Source of the DNA: Eledone cirrhosa
Taxonomy: Eukaryota
Reading direction: 5' to 3'
Assembly (NCBI GenBank): GCA_964016885.1
Contig: OZ024743.1
Location: 120,962,001 to 121,026,000 of the forward strand
DNA length: 64,000 nt
Shown here: piece by piece, positions 19,335 through 33,200 of the stretch
How positions within the stretch are numbered: position 1 is the stretch's first letter
Layout of the letters: each line of letters opens with the position of its first letter
Notes under the pieces: model-generated
The model's input: only the letters and a program-made list of their open reading frames with translations
What the model was told of the DNA's origin: nothing
Database searches by the model: none
Program-made: the position numbers and the translations under genes

Positions 19335-19550
19335 ATATATATGTATATATATTACATATATTACATGTGTATATATATATACACACATATGTATGTATAT
19401 ATATATATATATATAAACACACACATACACACACATATATTTGTGTGTGTGCGTGTGTGTATTTATATATATATATGTATATATATATATGTGTATGTGT
19501 GTGGCGTATGTGTGTTATTGCATGTACGTATGCATGCGTGTATGCATTGA
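18235..19550. repeat. Compound (AT)n/(ATATGT)n microsatellite field
   Basis: Seen directly. Confidence 0.95.
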
Positions 19551-19810
19551 GTGTAAATGTGTGCCTTTGTTAATTGTAATATATCAGGGAATTTAATGTA
19601 TTCATATACACACCTTTCATAAATTTAGATATGCAAACTAATCGTTTAATTATTAAACTAGGTGTCCTCCCAAATGTTCTTTCAAAATGGTCGTTCTTCA
19701 ACAAAAATGAAATTTGTTTATCAGAATATTTCTGCATTGATACATTTGTATATCAAAATATTTCTATATTGATAAGTACAGGGATAAAATTACACATAAA
19801 ACTTCACAAA

Positions 19811-19822
19811 CTGCTGCTGCTG

Positions 19823-19915
<93 letters not shown>

Positions 19916-19929
19916 ATAATAATAATAAT
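19811..19929. repeat. Compound trinucleotide repeat (CTG)4(CTA)n(ATA)n
   Basis: Seen directly; source of the poly-Leu ORF. Confidence 0.95.
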
Positions 19930-22459
19930 TTCTTGTATTCTTTTTTTACTATAGCGATTTCTTTTAATAATAATATAACATTATTATTAAAATAATATTA
20001 CTACTATTTTAAATATCGTAGATGATATGCGGGAGTGTATCGAATATATTGTGGAATGTACACAACAAAATAATATAACAGTGGCATAGACATTAGGATA
20101 TATACAATAATTATAGCATTCGTGACTTCATCTTCAAACTATCAATTATAAATGATTTAACTAGTGGTAAATATCGAATTATACTCTCCTAGATATTTTC
20201 AGTTAAAAACATGCACCAACCTATTTAGCACTTTGCCAATTTTGGAATTTGATATCAAAATTGTCTTGAGATTTCTCGACTGTACAGAAAATCTATTCCA
20301 GCGTAAATCTTTTTCCCATCTCTACCACCGTTTTCAAATTTCATAATTTACCTTCTGTTGTTCAAGTAAAAGTAAGCTAAATTGAAAAACGACTAGATGG
20401 TCGAATATTGTAGTATGAAATTACTATATTCGAATCCATTAGATATTTGTTATATTGATATGTGGGATTACAAAACCGAAAAAAAAGATACATAAATTAA
20501 AGTAAATCCTGGAGTGTTCATAATGCTTGTATTTGAATGGAAAGGTTTTCAAATATCTAGATCACAATTTTTTTAATGTTCAAAGCGACTTTTATCTGGT
20601 CTTTTTTCAAATATATGAAATTACTGGGATATTAATTGTTAATAAAAAATAATGCTATTTCAACCACTTTCTTTTACTATGGAGACGTGATAGAATATTA
20701 GCAAATGCTAATTGCAAGCTTTTCTCCCTTTTTTAAACAAAGGACACATTTCGTGAAAAAAATATCAGCTAGTTATATGTTTTTCTTATTTGACTAACCT
20801 TGCACGTTTTGGTCATTGTATGACACTGCCTTAGAAATTAATGTCAACCGATGTGTACTAATATTTGAGATGATTTCTATGTGATAAATACCACTGATTT
20901 AAATAAATAGAATTCTACAACTATTTTAAAATAGATAAATATCTTTTAAGTATTTTGCACAAATGGTTGAAAAGTAAACACTGTTTTATGAAATTGTCGA
21001 TTGCTACAATATGGCAATGTGTTCCTTATCAGTGAATAAAAAGCTAGGCAATTTGAATCATCAACATTTTTTACAAAATGGTGTTTTCTGTACGTTTGTA
21101 CATCAATCGCTTATTCAAATTATGCTTTTGTTTTCTATTTTCTAATATTTTCGCAAAATCATAGTACATTAATCCTTACATTTTGTTTCTTTGGCAGAAC
21201 ATATTACGATTGTAACCACTTACATCTCAGTGAGAATTATTATTGTAATGTATTTTGCACTGAAGAACTATAGAGCTTTTATAAATTACGAACAAATTGC
21301 AATTAGAAGAAAATATGTTCAATATCCATTTATATAAATAGATATTTCTGTTCATGCACAAACACATAATAACAAAATTCTTTGTATGTATATGTATATG
21401 TAAGCAGATGTATGTATGGTTATATATACATGCATACAGAAATATTCATAGAAGTGTTTATTAATCAAGTTTTAGTTTAAACCTAATTTCAATGCTCCAA
21501 ACATTTTGCTTCGAAAAGATTAGATTTAATATTTTGTTTCCCTTTTTTTCATTTACAAATAAGAAAAAGTTCAAACAGGACTGAAAGTGTTGTAAGACAA
21601 TATTAGTACGAAATTCAGTTTATACTATGATGATTATATAACAAAAAACTTTCAGTAATATAATTTTTCCAGCTTTGTCTTCCTCCCCCGTATAACGTGG
21701 GCATCACTAACAGCATTGGAAAGTAGCAATTATATTACCATGATAAGCACAGAACATTTCTTAATTTTATTTATAGCGTTTTTATTTGTTTATTTATTTA
21801 TTCTCGATTTTACTCAGCACAAGCAATTAGTCACATCATTATACTATAAACTAATGCTCATCTCACGTAAAAAAAAAATGAAAATATTTAGAGCAAAATG
21901 AAATCATTTCGAAAACGAAAATCTGAAACGATAATGAATAAAATAGACCACTTTCTATTTAAATCAGTTGTTACCTGGCACTTCTCCGCCGCGGCTGCGA
22001 ACTATCACTTCTTGTTCACTTTCCAGAACTGATGTTCTAACAAACACTACCCCCATCCGATCAGAATTATGCTTTAATAAAATATTTATAGCTGTTTGGG
22101 AAATCTGTTTTGTTGTTTACTTATTTATTGTATACGTTTGTGTACATGCTTGCCTTATGTGAATGTATCCAATCTTTCAGCTTTTATTTCAGATATTGCT
22201 GCATACTCAGTTTCAAGGTTGTGTAAGTTCAAGTAATTTACGCCACTAATGTTTGTCACAACTTTTCAATTCTCCATTGTTGACAATGTTGTCTTGCGCA
22301 TAGAAACGAAAACGATAATATCTTGCTAAAGGTTTCTCTATGCTAACTTGGTGACTCAACCGTTAAATTCTGATGTCACCACTTATTTCACTTAGTTTAT
22401 TAATCCTTTGAGAATGGCATACATTCACAAAGTTAAAACATAACAGTAAATGTATACGT

Positions 22460-22790
22460 TTCTAGTAGTGATATAGATGCATCATGTTAAACGAATTCGC
22501 TTTACAATCGTGAGGTGCCGGGTTCAACCACTCTGCATGTCAGTTTATCGAAGTGTTATTAATGAATTGGTGTTGATGGAAGCTGTTTGGAAGACCGTCG
22601 GATATACTATATCTATAATTCAAAGGAGCAGCAATGTCATATTCTGTGTCACGGATAAACGCGCAGAGTATTGTATTAAAGGTACTCGTGTCATCCGTGA
22701 AAACCTCAGTCACGTGCACATTAGTTTAACGGGAAGATCGTTCTGTTGATTGAAAGCTTGAACACTCATCGTCGTAACTGACGGGTATTC
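22460..22790 (+). mobile_element. Decayed second tRNA-derived SINE family
   Basis: tRNA-like head with B-box-like 'ccgggttcaa' (~22518). The body resembles a dispersed repeat family as I recall it; this is not verified. Confidence 0.45.
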
Positions 22791-23477
22791 ATTTGTTTTA
22801 GCAGTTACCCGTATGAAGATCTGCACCTTATTTAAATACACAAGTCAGCGTTATGATCATGAAATACATCCAAAGAATACCGACTGAAATGTATCGTCTA
22901 TCTTTTGCTAGCCTAGAAATACGAACGGAGAACGTTGATGACATTGCTACTGATACAAAACCAACCACAGCAGCTTTTCAGAACCCGTATCACTCCCGTT
23001 AAAGCCACAGTATATTTACCATCGTTGTAGCACACTTGCATTTTTATTTACTCAGGCGTTCTTCATACAATGTTGCCTTTGTTTCGGCTCTGATGTTAAC
23101 ACTAACCGACATGCAATAAAAAAAATCAGTATTGGCTTTCGTTTGAAATACGACGAGTAAGCACTGTAACAGCGTCAGTTTTTTAATGGTTGCGAAAGTG
23201 TAAATATTGAAATACTATCCCACCTAGTTAAAGAGTTACCTATACGTCAACATGGAATCGTATGATATTTTTAACTAAAGTAATTATAATCATAAATACG
23301 ATATTATAATACTGAAATTCTCATTTAATCAAAGTCACGATGATTATTTCGAAATACAGTTTCGAAACATTTTACCGGTGCTATTCTAGCTTCCCATTAT
23401 ATCAATTAATACAATTTTGACTACTAATTACAATATTAATACCATCTTCATTTAATAGTATATAATTCTTTATACAT

Positions 23478-23645
23478 TTGGCACAAGGCCAGCAGTTTAA
23501 AGGGAATGAGAAAGTCGATGAAATTCACGCCAAAGCGTTACTTGTGCATTATTTTATCGTTGTTAGGAGGATGAAAGGCAAAGCTAACTTCGGTGTGATT
23601 TGAACTCCGACCGCAAGTTGTTCGATGCTGCATATCCACCGCCCT
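23478..23645 (-). mobile_element. Diverged copy of the dominant SINE
   Basis: ttggcacaaggccagca ... ggatgaaaggcaaagctaac ... gatttgaactc (B box on the minus strand). Confidence 0.8.
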
Positions 23646-24099
23646 TGAATAGTATATAATAAATTACATTCAGTTATATTTAAACTGTACTAGTCGAACG
23701 TAACGACTATGAGGCACATCAATTCAAACCAGTATTTACTGGCCAATCAAGTTAGTAAATCGGGTTAATAAATATCCACATTCAATGTTTACAAAATAAC
23801 CGAGAGTAGCTGTGAATTATAAAGAAAACAAAGAGTTATATGTGATATTTAAATTGGATTAGCTGCATGAAGTGAGATCAGTCAGTGTGATATACTGAAT
23901 GATGGGTGAAATAAATCTAAATGAATCGAAATTTGTCAAAAAGCAGGGAAGGATTCACAAAAGAGATAGTGGATAGTTTCTTGAAGTTCTAAATCCTCAG
24001 TTAACAGAAAACCAGTTCCTCATATCGATATCAAATTGACGATATTGATTTGCTTGCATTGAAGACAACTAAATAATATTCTTAATTAATAATTCTCAT

Positions 24100-25080
24100 T
24101 TGTGTTTCACCTATAATTGCATAACACCTGCATCAGTCTTATTTGGTGATTACGAAACCCACAAAATTATTGAGCACTGTGTTGAAAGATATTACAATTA
24201 GAGAACAATCAGAAAGTAATATTCAGTTGTGCAGATGGTCGTTATTGTAGAACCGAACACGTAGGGGTTTGAATAGAAGAAGACCGGTCAACATTTAATA
24301 ATATGTTATTCTTCACGATGACAGTAATCCAATCAGCACAGTTTGCAGTCAGCTTTATTGATACAGAGGGAATTTTAGTATTCTATAACATATACCTAAG
24401 CAGGATTTTAGTAGCTTGTAGGTGGTAGAGTTCTGTCTATGTGCTTGTGTTGAGTTGATAAGAATGTGGTAAAAAAAATTTAATTGCATATCAGGATACA
24501 GAAACTAGTTATCAAGCCTCCTTCATTTAGTGGCTATCACTGTATATTACTTTATTCTCAGGCGATATATCTGCATGGTCCATTTTATGTTAGATCGGAA
24601 TTTATAGCTTGTATAGTTGCAAATGGAGTGAGGTATACGCTGTTTTTTTTATCGAAAGAGGTAAATCTTTTAATACGGTGAGTTTATCTGACGTGCAATA
24701 AATGTTAAGATTTATCGGTGTAACTAGTTAATATAGTTTTAATGCGGATTTATATCTATTTCTTTGTATGTGTGTGGAGGGGAGAATTGTTAGTGAGGTC
24801 ATATATACGTTTTGTTTTATGAGATGTTGATGTCTTGTTAAGATTGTTAAAATATATTTTGAGAGGGGTGTTAATACATGGTGAATATGTGCATTGATTT
24901 GGTATTAGTCATGATAGTATTATTATATGAATATTGCGATTTATTGTGTTCTGGATAAGCAGCATTTTCTCTATAATTGTTTGCAGTGTTATGGATATGT
25001 CTGTGTTTTGAGAAACTATATTGTGTTTAGAACTTTATGTAGTAGATTCCTTGTGCAGACGTTAGTAAAATGTGTGGGCA
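24100..25080 (-). mobile_element. Highly decayed Penelope-like element remnant (thumb to GIY-YIG region)
   Basis: Minus-strand remnants parallel the 43.3-44.3 kb ORF: 'AAYPEH' vs 'AGYPDK', a Cys cluster near 24340, and 'YVFGST' vs 'TYFGST'. Confidence 0.45.
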
Positions 25081-26720
25081 GTTAATAATCTAGTCACGTT
25101 TGAAGTTTATTTAACCCATAGGGGTTGTAATCTCTAGTACTTCAACCGAGCAGACACTGCACTCTCATCGTTTGTCCAGGTATGTTTTACTGAGTAAACG
25201 ATAGACCATGAAATATTGTACTTAATATATATGTAAGTCTCGGTTTCGATCGGGTGTAACCACAGTAAGGTACTTAATATCTTTCTAGAGTCTAAACAAC
25301 AGTACTCATGTCTTGGTTTGACAAATATTTTACATAAAGAGAAAGATTTACGAATTGTTTGAGCTTGTAGTATTTTGCATCATCAACATCAAAGAACTTA
25401 AAATGAAACAAATCAACTAAGCCAATGGCATGAATTTCAATAAATATGTTATGTGGTATGAAAAAGTTGTCAATTAGATATAATTTTCCTAGTATGTTCT
25501 TAATTGGGAAAAGAAAACCAATGTCTAGTGGTAATAGTTAAAGAAATTAAAGAAAAGGGAGATAATTTTAAAGAATTAAGAATTAATTTACACGCTCGGG
25601 GGAAAATATGATATTGTTTGTAGGTATGGGGGCAGCTAAACATGTATCCCAATGGGCTTTATAAAGCATGGCGGAATATATACTATTTTATCAGTCGACA
25701 ACTTGATATAACAAGATGGGCGAAGAAATAAACCAAGCAGTAATTTGGTGTACTGAATGATGTACATATACAATTCTCAATTATTTCACATTTGCTTCCG
25801 AATAGAGACAGAAAACAAAACTGAGCAGCAACTGATTCAGATTTAGAAAATAAAAATTAATTTTTCGAACTTATAGTAGAAAATTCATTTTGATTGCAGA
25901 CTATGGGAGAGTTACAGAAATGTTTCAGTACATCGTCAGCATAGTATAGTCTACGCATGCCTATTTTATTTTGTCATATAGAAAAAAGTTGCGAAAAAAT
26001 TTGTCTAGCAGTATTTTGGATAATTAAAAACAAAATGTGCTAATGGGTATAATTCAAGTAGACTAATTAAATGAGTTGGGTTTGATGTAGAGAATAAGTT
26101 ACGGAAAAAACAAAATGATTTTCAATTTGCATTTTAGTTAAAGAAAAACACGAAATGCCTACCGGTAATTCTAAACCACCTTTGAAAGAAAAAAACAATT
26201 AATTTCATGGAATTCCGCTCCCCAACCACAAAAAAAAAAAAATCATTTTTCAAAGTTCATTTATATACTTAGGAGAGAAACTGTTCTATATTTCCGAGGG
26301 GAAAAACATACATGGATATATTTTTGTCTTACTGACACACATCAACATAGCTCAAGTTTTTTAAGTCTGCTATCAAAATTATGAAAATGTTTGGATAGAA
26401 TTAATTAGTGCAAATAGAGAATAAATTGGTTACGTAGTTCAGTAGACAACTCCCCACTGCTGTGCTATAAGGGGAATAAAACTTCAGAAAATATTCAAAG
26501 ACTTAGCAGTGAATTTCTGCAGAAAGAGAAATCACTACACATACACAAGGCGCACAACTTTGTGCTCGTCGGGATTTTGAAAGAGCCTAATGAGAAAAAG
26601 TGATGGGATCGATATACTCAGTTATGTCGCCATATATTTTTCACTGATATTTTCTTTTATCAACTCTGGTGTGGGATTTGTACACAGACCTTAAAGAGCT
26701 GTGACAAAATATTATAATGT

Positions 26721-26759
26721 ACTAGCAGAAAAACCACCCTTCGGGTGGTTTTCTGCTGG
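26721..26759 (-). other. Near-perfect hairpin ending in CTAG|T; possible Helitron-type 3' terminus
   Basis: AGCAGAAAAACCACC-CTTCGG-GTGGTTTTCTGCT. On the minus strand a GC-rich hairpin lies ~8-10 nt before CTAGT. Confidence 0.45.
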
Positions 26760-26944
26760 CATGTGTAGTGTGCATATTGATATTATACGCAAGTATATAT
26801 ACATGTAGATATGATACATAAAATAAAATCGTAATTGACAATAGCCACAGAGGTGAATCTTTAAATAAACTATAAAATATATTTAATCAACAGCTATGAA
26901 ATATAGTAGATAAATTATGTAATATTCATTGATTATTTATTCAA

Positions 26945-27045
26945 AGTTAACATTGCCTTTTATCCTTACGGGGTCGATAAAATAAAGTACCAGTAATACA
27001 CTGGGTAATTGCTCGCCTTGTGCCAAAAGTAGAAACAATTATTTA
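26945..27045 (+). mobile_element. 5'-truncated SINE copy
   Basis: gttaacattgccttttatccttacggggtcgataaaataaagtaccag ... ccttgtgccaaaagtagaaacaatt. Confidence 0.85.
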
Positions 27046-27172
27046 TTCAAAGTAATCCAACTTATTTTACTAATGGGATAAACAAATTATAAATCGTACG
27101 CAGTCCTGCACTCCTTACTTTATTATAGTTTAAGATTGTGTTTGACAGTTTAACGATTTTTATAAAATTAGC

Positions 27173-27217
<45 letters not shown>

Positions 27218-27219
<2 letters not shown>

Positions 27220-30200
27220 TTTCTTTATTGGCCACAAGGGATGACATCAAGAAAAACATTACAGACGGCACAGGACGGTACAGGACGGTACGATGTGTGT
27301 TTTGTGCGTGTAAATATTTTTATTAATTATATAAGAAAAGAAAAAAAAGAACATAGAAACATATATATATATATATATATATAAACATTAAAAATGAAAA
27401 TTGAAACAATGAAAAATTCCCCAATAAGGGAGAAACCTCCGAGGGTTACTCGTGGCGAAAACCACACAAGAGACCACGGCCACCCTGACCACCAGGGCAA
27501 GCGCCCTCTCCCAATTTTTCCATCTCTCAAACTACAGACGTATATTCAGAGTGGTCCAATTCAGTCGGACCATTCTCGCTACATTCACCCACCTTTCAAC
27601 AAACTTGCTAGAAGGCAGCACTTGTCTCTCCACCTTGATTTTCCTCCTCAAGTGAAACTTGAAAAAGTTAGTTAGGGATTCGCCGAAGAGGAAAGTGTCT
27701 GTCTTTAACCCTTTTAACCTTGTCCACCACACAATCTCTTTCGCCATGGCCACCAGGCAGATGAAAACCGTCTGCCCTTCCTCCTCGAAGGAAGACGGCG
27801 AGACCATCTGCACAATGGACTCAGTCGACAACCGGATCACTCCTACACGCGACAGCAACTGTTCGACATAGCTCCACAAGTCAGCAATGCTCGGGCAATG
27901 AACGAGTGCGTGCACGACGCGCATCTCGGACAGGCTCGGCTGACGGCACTTCCGTGCCTGTGGAGCTTATCTCGAACCGGCAGCGCTCCCCGGTAGCACT
28001 GCCAGGCCAGGGATTTTTGGAAGTTATCCATAGGCCCCGAGATGAAGGTTCTCCGGAAGAGAGCAAACAGCTGATCTTCTTCGACGCCCAGGATCTCTCC
28101 GAGAATGTCGTCGCTCTTCCCCTCCACTAGTCCTCTATAGAACGCCGAGGTGGATGTTCCACCGATACTGGTGCCCAGCTGGCAGAGGGCAGTGAGCGCC
28201 TGGAGATATTCCAGTTTCCAAGCGCTATCCCTCAGTCTTTTTCTGACCCAGGACTGCAGCTCCGTCAAGGAGACGAGCTGTGGGAAAACGTGCCTGGCGA
28301 ACGGCGACCACACCTGTTCACCATCAAGGAAGCACCAGAGATGTCGCAGCCTCAGCGCATGTTTGCGCATCATCAGCCATGGCATGCCCAGTCCTCCACG
28401 CAACGGGTGTTGACAGCAGATAGATCGTCTGACCATGGGAGCGCGTCCCTTCCACAAAAAGCGGAAGAGGAGGCGCTCCATTTTGGTGAGAGTTGGGCTG
28501 GAGCAAGGGACGACAGTGAGGCGGTAGCAGATGACGGATGCGATGTACGCATTCGTCACCTCCGCCCGGCCTTTCAGGAACAGCTTCCTCTCGGCCCATT
28601 TCTGGGTGAGGGAGGCCACCCTGCTCGTCACCTCGTTCCAGTTTTTCTCCGTCTGGAGGTCCGGCCGAACCAGACCCCGAGCAATTTAACCGGTGCGTCC
28701 GTCCAACGCCTCACGACGCTGTCGGACGGCATGGACTTGCCTCTCCAGGTGCCGAGCTGCAAGCCCACCGACTTTTCCTGGTTTATCTTTGCTCCTGTCA
28801 CCGCTTCGTATTCCTTGAGAGCGGTGCCGAGCATCTGGGCGTGTCTGGTGCTCGACACCACCACAGTGACGTCGTCAGCGTAAGCCGACTCGGATTTCCC
28901 GCATCCTAGTTCGCGTGGGACGCCCCTCATCGCCCCCAGTTTGTGCAGTAACGGCTCGAGAGCCAATACGTACAAGAGGGACGAGAGGGGACAACCCGGG
29001 CGGACTGAGCGCATGATGCTGAATGGCTGCGACAGGTGACCGTTCACCCTCACAACTGAGCAGATGCCGCTGTACATTGCTTCGATACAACCCCTGAAAA
29101 CTGGCCCGAAACGGGCTGCCTCGAGGACCGCCGCCAGGTACCGATGGTCGACCCTATCGAATGCTTTGGATTGATCCAAGTTGATCAGGGCGCCACCCGT
29201 GCCAGGTTCCTCAACCACCCTCTCTATGATGTATTGCATGAGGTGGAGGTTGTCGTGTATGGATCTGTCCGGAATGGCGCATGTCTGCGCCTCTCCCACT
29301 AGACCACCAACGACAAGCGCCAACATCGTTGCTAACACCTTGGCCAAAATCTTGAACTCTGTTTTTAGCAGGGTTATGGGCCTGAAATTATCGATAACAT
29401 CCCCTTGTTAGGGTCTTTTCTCAGCAGCGCCACTGCTTCCCAGCTCACAAAACTGGGAATGCTCCCGTTCTACTGCCAGTTGCAGTAGACGTCTGCCAAG
29501 AGGTCACCGAACAAGTCTGGCATAAATGCATAAAGCTCGTAGGGCAGACCATCCAAACCAGGCGATTTACCCCTTGTGCAGTTAACCATCGCTTCCCGCA
29601 TTTCACCGGCTGTTATTGGCTTTTCGAAACACTGTGCTCCGGTCTACGAGAGCCGAGGCAGTCCGTCGAGGTATGCACTGAATTCCATGCCCCGATCAGG
29701 GCCGCCGCCGCTCCCGAACAGTTCAGCAAAGTGCTGCTGAAAAGCTTCACACATCCGTTTTAGTCAGACAAAGACCGAATTGTGGCTTTGTTGCCACGTC
29801 GCGCCTCTTCCACCCGGGCCCATTGGATGGCTTTGGGCCCCTCGTGTTTCAGAGCACGCGCTCTAGCTCTGACAACGCAGCCTTCGTGTTTTGCGTTGAA
29901 GAATTGGTCGAGTGCCAATCTCGCCGCAAGACGGCGATTGCGATGCCAGTCCTAAACGCCTCTTCTAGCTTTCTGACTAGCTCTCCCTCTACTCTATTTT
30001 CCTCTATCACTACTCCTTTGCTAAACCTAATCGACTCTACTTTAATTGCCCTTTTCAGGGCGAACCACCACCTGTTGTTGACGGCCGCTCCCGTGAACGC
30101 CCGCTTAACTAATACGCTAATCCGGTCTCTGTAGGCTTTGCGCGCTGGGAAAGACGCGTTCAGCTTCCAGTAACCAGGCCCTTGTCTATGAAGTCTGTCT

Positions 30201-30238
30201 ATGTCGATCTCACAGATCACAAATTTGTGGTCTGTGTA
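27218..30238 (-). mobile_element. Tx1/L1-clade LINE copy A, 5'-truncated within the APE domain, frameshifted ORF2
   Basis: TDHKFVI..GPGYWKLN, SPGLDGLP, LDQSKAFDRVDH, GCPLSSLLY, AYADDV, GGLGMP and CPRC zinc finger. The 3' UTR ends AATAAAGAAATC(ATT)n; (TAA)n lies on both sides. Confidence 0.93.
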
Positions 30239-30255
30239 ATAATAATAATAATAAT

Positions 30256-33200
30256 GCTTTCTTTATTAACCACAACGGTTTACATAAAGTAGATATTAAG
30301 GACAGTGCAGGACAATACAGGACGGTACAAATGGGCATTTCTGCGTGTAAAAAACAAAAACAGAGGATGTAACACAAAAATAAGAACGAAAAATTCCCCA
30401 ATACGGGGGAGACTTCCGAGGGACATTCGTGGAAAAAGCCCATTAAAAAGCCACAGTGACCCTGACCACCAGGGCAAGATCCCTCTCCCAGTTTTCCATA
30501 TTTAATTTACAGACACATAGACAGAGTAGGCCCATTGACTCGGGCCATTCTTGCCTCTCTCACCCATCTTTCAACAAAATGCTGGGAAGAGAGCACTCCC
30601 CTCTCTATCCTGATTTTCCTTTTCAAATGAAATTTGAAAAAGTTAATCAGGGCATCACCGAAGAGGTAAGTGCTCGTCTTCAGCCCTTTCAAACGTGTCC
30701 GCCATACTATCTCTTTCGCCATGGCCACCAGACAGATAAAAACTGCCTGCCCTTCCTGGCTAAAGGAAGAGGGCGGGGAAATTCTCACGATGGACTCAGC
30801 TGATAGCTGGATCCGTCCTACACGCGACAGCAGGTGTTCAACATAAACTCACATAGGCAATTCTCGGACACTGGACGAGTGCGGGCAGGACGGTTTCGTC
30901 GCCCTGCGCGCATCTCGTCAAGGAGACGAGATGGGGAAAGACGCGTCTAGCAAACGGCGACCACACCTGACCACCGTCGAGGAAGAGGTGGAGATGTCGT
31001 AGCTTGAGCGCGTGTCTGCGCATCATCAGCCATGGCATGCCCAGCCCTCCACGTAGCGGGTGTTGACAGCAGATGGACCGCCTGAGCATCGGAGCGCGTC
31101 CCTTCCACATAAAGCGAAAGAGCAAACGCTCCAGCGCAGTCAGGCGGGGCTTAGGGCAAGGTACGATGGTCAGGCGGTAGTAGAAGACGGACGCGATGTA
31201 CGCGTTAGCCACCTCCGCTCGACCTTTCAGGGATAGCTTCCTCTCCGCCCATTTCTGGGTGAGAGGAGCACCCTGCTCGTCACCTCGTCCCAGTTTTTGT
31301 CCGTCTGGAGGTCCGTACCAAACCAGACCAATTTATCGGTCCGTCCGCCCAGCGCCCGACGACGCTGTTGGACGGCATGGACCTGCCTCTCCAGGTTCTG
31401 AGCTGCAGGCCTACTGACTTTTCCTGGTTGATCATTGCTCCTGTCACCGCTTCGTATTCTCTTAGTGTAGTGCCGTCGCCTCGATGTGTCTGGCGTTCGA
31501 CACCACTACGGTGACATCGTCCGCATAAGTTGACACGGATCTTTCGCATCCTAGTTTGCGCGGCCCCCCCCCCCCCTCAACGTCTGCAGTTTGTGCAGTA
31601 ATGGCTCGAGAGTCAATACGTACAAGAGGGACGAGAGGGGACATCCTTGGCGGACCGAGCGCATGAAGTTGAACGGTTCCGAAAGGTGACCGTTCACTCT
31701 CACCACAGAGCAGATGTGGCTGTGCATGGCAGCGATCCAGCCTCTGAAGACGGGCCCAAAGCCAGCCGCCCTTAGGATTGCCGCTAGGTAACGATGGTCG
31801 ACCCTATCGAAAGCTTTCGACTGATCTAAATTGAGCAAGGACCCACCCGTGCCAGGTTCCCTAACTACCCTCTCAACGATGTATCGCATGAGGTAGAGGT
31901 TGTCGTGGATGAATCTGTCGAGAATGGCGCATTTCTGTGCCTCTCCCACCAGACCACCAACGACAAGTGCCAACCTCTTTGCTAGCACCTTGGCCAAAAT
32001 CTTGAACTCTGTGCTTAGCAGAGTTATGGGCCTGCAATTCTCTATGTTACCCGCTTTGTTAGGATCCTTTCTCAGCAGCGCCACCGCTCCTCGGCTCACA
32101 GAGCTGGGTATTCTCCCGTTCTGTTGCCAGTTGTAGTAAACGCCCGCCAAGAGGTCTCCGAACAAGTCTAGCATCTGTACGTAAAGTTCATAGGGCAGAC
32201 CATCCAAACCAGGCGATTTACCTCTTGTGCAGCCAGTCATTGCCTCCCGTACTTCAGCGGCTGTTATCGGCTTTTCGCAACACTCCGCCTCAGTGGCCGA
32301 GAGCCGCGTCAGTCCGTCGAGATAGACACAAAAGTCCATCCCTCGATCCGGCCCGCCGCTGCTCCCGAACAGTTGAGCGAAGTGTCGCTGAAAAGCTTCA
32401 CACATTTGCCCGGGATGGATCGAGTAGCATGCGCCCGTCGTGGTCCACCAAAGACCGGATCGTGGCTTTGTTGCCACGACGCACCTCCGCCACTCGGGCC
32501 CATTGAACGGCTTTCGTCCCCTCGTTTCTGAGAGCGCGCACCCTAGCTCTGAAAACGCAGCCTTCGTGCTTTTCATTGAAGAATTGATCAAGGGACAATT
32601 TCCCCGCAAGTATGTCGGTCGTGATGCCTTTGCTAAGCGCCCCGTCTAATTTTCTAACTAGTTCTCCCTCTGCCCTATTTTTCTCTATAGCTAAAGCCTT
32701 ACTAAACCTAATGGACTCTATTCTAATCGCTCTATTCAGAGCAAACCACCACTTGTTGTTGACGATGGTCCCCGTCAACGCCCGCTTAACTAGTTCGCTA
32801 ATCCGGTCTCTGTAGGCCTTGCGCGCTGGTAAGGACGCGTTTAGCTTCCAGTAGCCGGGTCCTTGTCTATGAAGCCTATCTAAGTCAACACAGATCACAA
32901 ATTTGTGGTCCGTGTAGCTGACTATCTTGAATTGTGGACAGCCTATGCTAGACATATCTATTTCCTTACCAAATACTCTATCTTGCTATGATCTGGATGA
33001 CCCGATACGGTTTGTCCAAGTCCACATTGGCACATTCGGGAAATCCAATCGGTACCTGTCAGACAGTTCAAAACGCCTGAGCAGATTGGTGAGGCTCTTG
33101 CACCCTCCTCCCCTATCCGCTAATCCCATACAGTCCCCCAGCGTGCATCTAAGATCCCGTTCTAGTCGCCCACTAACACTAAAGAGCGGGACGTTCCAAG

